Source: a virus. Taken from it: a stretch of 11,273 nucleotides of DNA. The position numbers and the translations under genes were made by a program. Shown in pieces: positions 1-5,410 of the stretch. Location of the stretch: the IMG/VR virus record IMGVR_UViG_3300045988_083849, positions 1 to 11,273 of that record. One strand, 5' to 3'. Each line of letters opens with the position of its first letter. The stretch's first letter is position 1. The notes beneath the pieces were generated by a model. The model did not search any database. It was not told the DNA's origin and worked only from the letters and a program-made list of their open reading frames with translations.

Positions 1-14
1 ATGCACAACTCCCC

Positions 15-46
15 CATTTTTAACATTTCCCAACACATTTTTAACA
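15..46 (+). repeat. Two phased direct repeats CATTTTTAACA inside the left ITR (15-25 and 36-46)
   Basis: Identical 11-mers whose starts are 21 nt apart, about two helical turns. Mirrored in the right ITR. Confidence 0.85.
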
Positions 47-59
47 GTCGCCAACATAG

Positions 60-80
60 TTTGGCACGCTTTTTGCATAG
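60..80 (+). promoter_or_regulatory. Sigma-54-type -24/-12 box (TTTGGCACGCTtTTTGCATAG), left ITR copy, pointing inward (rightward)
   Basis: Core at 62-77 is TGGCACG-cttt-TTGCA, an exact match to TGGCACG-N4-TTGCW. GG (63-64) and GC (75-76) are 12 nt apart. Confidence 0.55.
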
Positions 81-103
81 GCCGCGCCAAACCTCCACGA
101 AGA

Positions 104-143
104 AACAAAAAAAATAGCGTACCAAAATAGTTTGGCACGCTAT
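104..143 (-). terminator. Intrinsic terminator after the last (tail) gene
   Basis: On the minus strand, 12 nt after the TAG stop (156-158): AUAGCGUGCC (143-134), a 10-nt loop, then GGUACGCUAU (123-114). This is a 10-bp stem with one G:U pair, followed by U7 (plus-strand A-run 107-113). Confidence 0.75.
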
Positions 144-151
144 TTGCATAG
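131..151 (+). promoter_or_regulatory. Second sigma-54-type box (TTTGGCACGCTaTTTGCATAG), left subterminal, outside the perfect ITR
   Basis: Core at 133-148 is TGGCACG-ctat-TTGCA. It is the same 21-mer as the ITR copy except for one spacer base. It overlaps the 5-prime arm of the minus-strand terminator hairpin (134-143). Confidence 0.5.
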
Positions 152-155
152 GCCT

Positions 156-1979
156 CTAATCTATAAATACACCGCTTTGCAATAAATTAACAATTTCGGT
201 GTACTCGCTTTTCGGCACGTTGTCTATATCATTATTTACAATCTCATCAAATTTGTAAAAACCTTTTGCACATTGCGAAAGTACAACCTTTTTGTAGTCA
301 TTGCCGCGTCCACCGCTGTACTCATTTGTAAAGTAATTCAGCCGCACAAACGGCTCAAGTCCATACAAATTTTGTGCGTCCCACCTGTCACTACCTATTA
401 CGCTTGTGTCGTAAGTCGTGTAAAGTACATCCGTATTAGGTTGTACGTTATGCAATTGTATAGGTAAATCGTTATTATCCAATAATTTACAAACCCCGTC
501 ACCGCTAATTACATTTATATCGTACACCAATTTTACAGATTTACCGACATAATCAGAAGACAAACTAACAATACCCACGAACGGCAAAAATACCTCGATT
601 ATCATATTTTTGTCAAGTGTGGTATTATCTTTGCGCGGTATTGTGATACTACCGAAGTCAAGCGTTATTATATCCTTTTCGGGTAACTCTGCGTTTATTT
701 CTGTGTCGTAGTTGCCGCATTTTATTCGGTCCGTGCCTTTAGTAGGTATGTTCGTATAAATACGCTTAATGCGGTTAATATATTCGCTCAAATCTTGCTC
801 GTAAGTTATAAAAGTGCCGCTTTCTGTGAAGTACCGTTTTTTACTAAAAGCGTCAAGGTTATCCAACGTAACTACATACACATTTATAGACCCATAGTTT
901 TTAATGGTCGGTGTTACCTCAACTTGCGCCCCTCCACGAAATTCGATGTACTCAGTTTTGGGGCATTCGGTTGCGATGTCAAGTGTAACACTACCTTGCT
1001 TTTTATCCTCGCTAATAGTGAAACGTTTGTATTGTACACCTCCAAAATCGTCCGTGTATCTTATTTCGGGGGGGTCGGTCTCGCTTGTAAACTTGCTACC
1101 CTCATTTGCTTGTATTGTAACGTTTACTTTGTCGGTCGGGGTGTAATATGTGGGTATATTTTCGGCATTACAATTATATAGGGTATTTTTAACGGGTATG
1201 GCCTTAATATAAGTACCATTAATAACCACGGACACAGAAGTATCTACATTTGTTATTGCTATGGTTGCGGTGTCGCTGCTTTGTATGGTCATATCCTCGG
1301 TATGTGAGACACCGCTTGTATCTGTGTAGGTAACGTTGGCCGCTCGTATAACATAGTCGCTGTTTGTACCTTTTAGTGTTATGTTGAAAGTGCCATTATC
1401 GTAGATATATGTAGCGTTTGTGCCGTCTATGTTATTTGTTATTGTAATCGTTGGCGTACTCTCGGCAACCTCCCCGTTAAGTGTAAAAGCACTATTTTTT
1501 GCAGCGTCATCTATGGTAAAAGTAGCCTTGCTTTTGTCAGTGCTTACTACCCCGTTAGCGGTCGAAGTACCGCCAAAGCTATCAGTGTACACACAAGTAG
1601 GCGCAACATTGAATTGATACCCCGTATCAGCGGTAACTACAATGGTATGTACGCCACCGCTCGCTCTATACGTATAGGTAGTGTTTACTATATTGTTTGT
1701 TATCGTTGGTTCTGCGGGGGCGTCGGGGTCTACCTTAGTTGCACCCGTTAAACGTATATTTGTACCGCTAACACCGCTAAAGTTACACGTTTTTAGGTCT
1801 GTAGATACTTTGCCCTTAATACTGCCCCCTCCAAAATCATCATCAAAACGGGCGCGAGGTGTAGTTGCGGTATCAAACAAAAAACCCGTGTCAGCGGTGC
1901 TTATGATATTATACGCACCCACACTCTCAGTATATGTAAATGTAGTGTGCGGTATTTGGTTTGTTATTATATCTGCCAT
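156..1979 (-). CDS. Distal tail / receptor-binding protein. N-terminal four tandem ~85-aa Ig-like repeats, C-terminal ~250 aa resembling the C-terminal part of the phi29 gp9 tail knob
   Basis: 607-aa ORF and the last gene of the structural block. Internal repeats each begin with (TP)TI(T/K)N and each carry a YTDxFGG-like motif (aa ~45, ~130, ~217, ~307). The C-terminal end GFYKFDEIVNNDIDNVPKSEYTEIVNLLQSGVFI resembles, from memory, the gp9 C-terminus ([34 protein letters not shown]). Confidence 0.6.
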   Translation of the reverse strand: MADIITNQIPHTTFTYTESVGAYNIISTADTGFLFDTATTPRARFDDDFGGGSIKGKVSTDLKTCNFSGVSGTNIRLTGATKVDPDAPAEPTITNNIVNTTYTYRASGGVHTIVVTADTGYQFNVAPTCVYTDSFGGTSTANGVVSTDKSKATFTIDDAAKNSAFTLNGEVAESTPTITITNNIDGTNATYIYDNGTFNITLKGTNSDYVIRAANVTYTDTSGVSHTEDMTIQSSDTATIAITNVDTSVSVVINGTYIKAIPVKNTLYNCNAENIPTYYTPTDKVNVTIQANEGSKFTSETDPPEIRYTDDFGGVQYKRFTISEDKKQGSVTLDIATECPKTEYIEFRGGAQVEVTPTIKNYGSINVYVVTLDNLDAFSKKRYFTESGTFITYEQDLSEYINRIKRIYTNIPTKGTDRIKCGNYDTEINAELPEKDIITLDFGSITIPRKDNTTLDKNMIIEVFLPFVGIVSLSSDYVGKSVKLVYDINVISGDGVCKLLDNNDLPIQLHNVQPNTDVLYTTYDTSVIGSDRWDAQNLYGLEPFVRLNYFTNEYSGGRGNDYKKVVLSQCAKGFYKFDEIVNNDIDNVPKSEYTEIVNLLQSGVFID

Positions 1980-1980
1980 A

Positions 1981-2421
1981 CTATTTATTGCCTTTGAGTG
2001 TTACCATTATAATACTACCCTCTTTGTCAAATAGTTGTGAGTTTGGAAAGTGTAAAATATCAGTTTGCGGAAAAACGTTGAACACGTTACTATTTACTGA
2101 CAAATCTCGGTTTGCGTTGTCGCTCTCCACAATTAGGGCCGTACTTTGTAGTATTACATCTTTGTACGTCTGTAGTACATCAAGCGACAAAGTAAGTAAA
2201 TACGTTTGCCCTCCTAAATACCTAAAGTTGTCTACAAAGTAGTACTTTCCGAAATCCTCAATGTACACGTAATTAAACCCATACATATTAGGGGGCATTT
2301 GTATTTTTAGCGTTGGATTATGTACGTTAAGTTCGGGACGCAAAGCAACGTTAATTGTACCCAATTGTGTAAGTGCTTTGTTTATGGTGTTAGGTTGTCC
2401 CTTATAGTTATATAATATCAT
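1981..2421 (-). CDS. Tail knob N-terminal-domain-like protein (phi29 gp9 N-terminus-like)
   Basis: 146-aa ORF immediately after the MCP terminator. NYVYIEDFGKYYFVDNF...LSLDVLQTYKDV resembles, from memory, gp9 YIMFQNADYGNKWFYAFV...EIDVLQTWMFD. The TAG stop is followed by one nt and then the ATG of the 607-aa ORF. Confidence 0.45.
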   Translation of the reverse strand: MILYNYKGQPNTINKALTQLGTINVALRPELNVHNPTLKIQMPPNMYGFNYVYIEDFGKYYFVDNFRYLGGQTYLLTLSLDVLQTYKDVILQSTALIVESDNANRDLSVNSNVFNVFPQTDILHFPNSQLFDKEGSIIMVTLKGNK

Positions 2422-2426
2422 AGCGT

Positions 2427-2461
2427 TAAATTAAAAAAGGTGATGTATATTACACCACCTT
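2427..2461 (-). terminator. Intrinsic terminator directly downstream of the major capsid gene
   Basis: Minus strand: AAGGUGGUGUA (2461-2451), loop AUA, UACAUCACCUU (2447-2437). This is an 11-bp stem with one G:U pair, followed by UUUUAAUUUA. It starts 20 nt after the MCP stop. Confidence 0.75.
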
Positions 2462-2481
2462 AATACAACAATATTAACTAA

Positions 2482-3651
2482 TTAAGCAACAAAGAAAACT
2501 ACAAAGTTTTCGTTAGTATCATTGTAGTAGCCTGCATCAAACTTGTAGTAATTGTTGAAGAACTCGGCTTTTGCATTATAGTTAGTAGTTACGCGTCGGT
2601 TGAGGTTACAAACGCCTAACGCGTCCCTATCAAACATAACACCTAATACGCCGCTAATATCAACTGGTTTTCCTCCCGTCTCCTTGATTGTTATGTGTGC
2701 TGTGCTTGCAAAGTCGTACTTAGTACCGCTACCCTGCCAAAATGGGACACTTTCCGCGTTAGGTAAAAGTACCTGCTCTTTGTTGTACGTATCGCTGTAC
2801 AAGTAAGCACGCGCGGCCTTTTCAAAGTCTGACAACAATACAACGTGCAAGTTTTCGCGCGGTGTAAAGCGTGGCTTACCTCCAATGTTGAATACGTTTG
2901 AAATGCTTGCAAGTCTATCAGTGTACAAACCAATCGTGTAACTTGCAAACTTGATAAAATCGGGGTCTGTCAGTGCCTTTGCAGCGGTCAAAGTAGTACC
3001 TTTGTTATCGTTGTACAACTTTAGCAAGTTAACGCAACGCGCTGTACTTGCACTTGTGTAGTCGGGTGATTCACCACCAAAGGCCGATTTATCAGCTATT
3101 AAAGTTTGCGCTATCATGTTATTGATAGTACGCATTATTAACGCGTCCGTCTTAATGGTTATAGACTTTTCGACCGCGTTGTATATCATCGACAAAAATG
3201 CGTTTAGTTGCTCAGAGCTGCTGAATGACTCTTTAACTTGTCGCTCGGTTATAGAAACGGGTACCTCGAAAGTTACCTTAGAATTAAAGAACTTTGCCGT
3301 AACTTGCGGCTTGTGGAATACATCTTGCGAGTAGTCAGTACCGTCCGTTAGCTCCCAACTTTTATTCTCTTCGGCTTCTGGTAAGTCCGCGCTAATCTTT
3401 TCCAGGACGCTTCCGAACTCCCACGCGTCCATAAGTACAGACGGAATTTTACCTGCGTAGGGGCGATTGACAAAAACCACTTTGCCAATGTGGTTAACAA
3501 GTGATTTTACGTAATTGTCCACTGCATTTTGGTTAAAGACTTCGTTTCCGAGGTCGACCAACCCAGTTAAATCCTCTTTAACAAGTTCCGATTTTCCCAA
3601 AACCTCTTGTGATACGGAATTTATCAGATTGTAAATTTGTTTTACTTGCAT
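2482..3651 (-). CDS. Major capsid protein (HK97-fold, phi29 gp8-like core without the Ig-like C-terminal domain)
   Basis: 389-aa ORF in the position expected for the MCP and followed by a strong terminator. Segments YVKSLVNHIGKVVFV, LNAFLSMIYNAVEKS and the C-terminal FFNNYYKFDAGYY...VVFFVA resemble phi29 gp8 blocks from memory (FITSLVDRIGLVVI, FESFVSSIINAIYNSAE, YWNYYYHVWQ...AVAFV). Confidence 0.8.
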   Translation of the reverse strand: MQVKQIYNLINSVSQEVLGKSELVKEDLTGLVDLGNEVFNQNAVDNYVKSLVNHIGKVVFVNRPYAGKIPSVLMDAWEFGSVLEKISADLPEAEENKSWELTDGTDYSQDVFHKPQVTAKFFNSKVTFEVPVSITERQVKESFSSSEQLNAFLSMIYNAVEKSITIKTDALIMRTINNMIAQTLIADKSAFGGESPDYTSASTARCVNLLKLYNDNKGTTLTAAKALTDPDFIKFASYTIGLYTDRLASISNVFNIGGKPRFTPRENLHVVLLSDFEKAARAYLYSDTYNKEQVLLPNAESVPFWQGSGTKYDFASTAHITIKETGGKPVDISGVLGVMFDRDALGVCNLNRRVTTNYNAKAEFFNNYYKFDAGYYNDTNENFVVFFVA

Positions 3652-3652
3652 A

Positions 3653-4222
3653 TCAATAAATTAATTTAGTTATATCATTTATAATTGCAAAAATAATGCT
3701 TTTGCGCCAATTTTGCAAATTAAATTCAATTTCTTTTTTTAACTCGTCCGTTACTGATTTATTACCCAATCCTACAACCTTTTGTGTACTCGTCACGTTA
3801 TTAGTACGTGTATTGTCGTATGTGGTACTATCTTTGTCATACTCCACAAAATCAGTTGCGTTGTATGGTTTGTTAGACGCTACATTTGTATTGTTATTGT
3901 TGGCGTTTTCCGTGATATTGTCTTCGCGCGTTGTCTGCTGCTGTACTGGGTTAAGTACATCATATTGCGCATTGTAGGCACTCGCCACGCGTACCCAATT
4001 GTTAACACTCAACGCAATGATATTTTTTATATACTCGTTTGCGTTTGCTTGTGTTATGGTGTTTACGACCTCGCGCTCGCTGTAGTTGAGTAGTACCAAC
4101 GTATCAAGTCCCACGCTATCCATTTCGCCAAATATTGCATTGTATTCCGTGGGGAAATTATCCTTGAACACCTCCGTAAATAGGCCGTGTTTAGGGTCGG
4201 GGTATAGGTCAATTATTTTCAT
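3653..4222 (-). CDS. Structural protein of unknown role (candidate lower collar/adaptor or scaffold)
   Basis: 189 aa counted from the first ATG (4220-4222). This start overlaps the portal stop by 14 nt, and the stop lies 1 nt before the MCP ATG. It has helical-looking N- and C-terminal parts flanking an N/T/Q-rich central segment. The longer track ORF (to 4378) starts at GTG inside the portal repeat and is not favoured. Confidence 0.6.
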   Translation of the reverse strand: MKIIDLYPDPKHGLFTEVFKDNFPTEYNAIFGEMDSVGLDTLVLLNYSEREVVNTITQANANEYIKNIIALSVNNWVRVASAYNAQYDVLNPVQQQTTREDNITENANNNNTNVASNKPYNATDFVEYDKDSTTYDNTRTNNVTSTQKVVGLGNKSVTDELKKEIEFNLQNWRKSIIFAIINDITKLIY

Positions 4223-5186
4223 TTTCTTCTTCCTTTTCTTCGTCCGTTTCGGTTTCGGTTTCCGTTTCGTTGTCCGTTTCGGTGTCCGTTTCGGTGTCCG
4301 TTTCGGTGTCCGTTTCGGTTTCTGTTTCGGTTTTATTTTCTTCTTTGCGAATGGCCCAACTGCTTGCAAGTTCAACACTTATGTTTGTGCCAAACATAGC
4401 GTTTATCTTTTCTACTGCCTTTTTGCGCTCTTGTAGCATATTATCAACGTAGGGGTTTAGGGCGTCCACATTCATTTGCACTTCGGACGTGTTCAACCGC
4501 TCGCGCTTTAGGTTGTAGTTGGCATTCAACCCAATTTCGTTAAAGGCCGACGCCTTGAAGTATTGTAATAACTCAATGAGTTGCGTTATTTGGTTGGCGC
4601 TCTGCGTGGATATACTTTGCAAGTTGACGCCCTTAAAAAATGCGTTTTCACCAATTACGGAAAAATCGCCCTGCAAAATCTTTGTTATGAAATCGTCAGC
4701 GCTTTGTTTGGTCTTGTCATCGCTCGCACTTATTAACATAGTAATGCGAGAGAGTACCGAACATGTATTTAAAGACAAAAGCGTGTCACTACACAACACA
4801 CCATATTTGCCAAAGATTGGCAAAAGGCTATTTGCTCCACTATCGTTTTTAATTAGTACGCCCTCAACGCCTATTTTGTACGACTTGTTTAGTTGCAAAT
4901 ATGGGTTACTTACAATGTATTCTGTCGCCTCATTGTACGCGTTGGGAGTACCTCCAAAGCCGCCAGTAAAAGCGTACATTTTGCCGTCTACCTCAGTTAC
5001 AAAAACATTTCCGTTTGTCTGCAAAAGGTTTTCGAGATTGCTTTGTGGTAATGTTTCGGGCAAACCTTTATACACAAACATTGCCTGCGTTATAGCCAAC
5101 ATTTTTTTAATGTAGCCATTTACGCTTTTATCTTTGTTTTTTATTTGCTCTTGATACTTTATGTATAAGTTATCCTTCTTTGCCAT
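4209..5186 (-). CDS. Portal / head-tail connector (phi29 gp10-like) with a long acidic C-terminal tail
   Basis: 325 aa. MLAITQAMFVYKGLPETLPQSNLENLL, EIGLNANYNLKRERLNTSEVQ and RKKAVEKINAMFGTNISVEL parallel, from memory, phi29 gp10 blocks ([67 protein letters not shown]). Confidence 0.9.
   Translation of the reverse strand: MAKKDNLYIKYQEQIKNKDKSVNGYIKKMLAITQAMFVYKGLPETLPQSNLENLLQTNGNVFVTEVDGKMYAFTGGFGGTPNAYNEATEYIVSNPYLQLNKSYKIGVEGVLIKNDSGANSLLPIFGKYGVLCSDTLLSLNTCSVLSRITMLISASDDKTKQSADDFITKILQGDFSVIGENAFFKGVNLQSISTQSANQITQLIELLQYFKASAFNEIGLNANYNLKRERLNTSEVQMNVDALNPYVDNMLQERKKAVEKINAMFGTNISVELASSWAIRKEENKTETETETDTETDTETDTETDNETETETETDEEKEEENENN
4242..4333. repeat. Coding tandem repeat (hexamer-periodic; unit GTCCGTTTCGGT, four perfect tandem copies at 4272-4319 plus one at 4242-4253)
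   Basis: Read directly. In the portal frame (minus strand) it encodes TETETETDTETDTETDTETDNETETETETD. Confidence 0.95.
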
Positions 5187-5376
5187 TTGTCAAAGTTTTT
5201 ATAAGGGTGCTTAACTCACTTAGTACTTTGGTGTTATCCTCCAAAGTTGTACGTAAATTGTCGGTCTCCTCTTTGTGCTGCTCGTCGTGCTTTGTCATGT
5301 AGTAAAATACTATGAGACACATCGCGATAGGAAAACCAACGTTTGAAATCATTTGTGTAACTTGTGTAATATCCAT
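5170..5376 (-). CDS. Small single-pass membrane protein, YvrJ-like (SNVGFPI motif); candidate holin or lysis factor
   Basis: 68 aa. It has an N-terminal hydrophobic helix (ISNVGFPIAMCLIVFYYM) and then a charged helical tail. The ATG lies 20 nt downstream of a TAnnTTTG box. The stop overlaps the portal start by 17 nt. Confidence 0.6.
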   Translation of the reverse strand: MDITQVTQMISNVGFPIAMCLIVFYYMTKHDEQHKEETDNLRTTLEDNTKVLSELSTLIKTLTNGKEG

Positions 5377-5396
5377 TTTGTAAGGTTTTATTACTG

Positions 5397-5404
5397 CAAA
5401 TGTA
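5397..5404 (-). promoter_or_regulatory. Bacteroidota-type -7 promoter box (TACATTTG) ahead of the structural block
   Basis: The minus strand reads TACATTTGCAG, 20 nt upstream of the ATG at 5376, in the short gap after the ATPase stop (5411). There is a partial -33-like ATTG 20 nt further upstream. Confidence 0.5.
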
Positions 5405-5410
5405 CATAAA

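Larger units (their letters stand above)
1..97. repeat. Left inverted terminal repeat (perfect, 97 nt)
   Basis: nt 1-97 are the exact reverse complement of nt 11177-11273. Identity breaks at nt 98 (c), where complementarity to 11176 (t) would require a. The window begins exactly at the repeat, consistent with a complete linear replicon. Confidence 0.97.

Noticed and set aside
59-91. Resemblance of the ITR to adenovirus-style host-factor sites (TTGGC...GCCAA half-sites as for NFI, and ATTTGCAT octamer-like sequences at 142-149 and 11071-11078)
   Set aside because: The gene content is unambiguously that of a tailed bacteriophage. The TTGGC and GCCAA elements are 19 nt apart rather than 5. The octamer-like string is part of the -12 region of the sigma-54-type box. 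I treat this as coincidence, although the 7-bp inverted repeat GTTTGGC/GCCAAAC (59-65 and 85-91) flanking the box is real.
2691-2948. 85-aa minus-strand ORF nested out of frame within the major capsid gene
   Set aside because: It lies entirely inside the MCP coding sequence, has no independent start context, and its composition looks like an overlapping-frame artefact.
4242-4333. Possible CRISPR-like or minisatellite array
   Set aside because: The units are 6-12 nt with no spacers, and they lie in frame within the portal gene. This is a coding tandem repeat, not a CRISPR array.
4223-4378. Highly basic N-terminal extension (KPKQKPKRTPKRTPKRTPKRTTKRKPKPKRTKKRKKK) of the 241-aa track ORF, overlapping the acidic tail of the portal in another frame
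   Set aside because: The extension starts at a GTG (4376-4378), not an ATG. It is simply the +1 reading of the (ACC GAA ACG GAC)n repeat, which necessarily gives (P-K-R-T)n. A normal ATG at 4220-4222 gives the usual short overlap with the portal stop. Dual coding cannot be excluded without proteomics but is not the economical reading.
4385-4402. Fifth partial TGGCAC element (minus strand TATGTTTGGCACAAAC) inside the portal gene
   Set aside because: It has the -24 half only, with no TTGC at the correct spacing. It lies in coding sequence (MFGTNIS) and is probably chance.
4270-4452. Plus-strand ORF beginning MSVSVSVSVSV..., and the 4086-4436 plus-strand ORF with an FGVRFGVRFG repeat
   Set aside because: These are frame artefacts of the same tandem repeat on the antisense strand of a well-supported portal gene.
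4519-5115. Plus-strand ORFs (198 aa here; also 273-467, 795-1181, 904-1146, 1420-1617, 1681-2034, 1961-2242, 2600-2806, 3116-3334, 3696-3977, 3782-4093, 5437-5628, 5759-6043, 5784-5969, 7630-7920, 7953-8309, 8396-8611, 8580-8774, 8746-9057, 9835-10035, 10096-10395)
   Set aside because: All lie antisense to minus-strand genes that have strong motif support or clear operon context. Their products are Cys/Leu/Phe/Val-rich low-complexity strings typical of shadow ORFs in AT-rich DNA.
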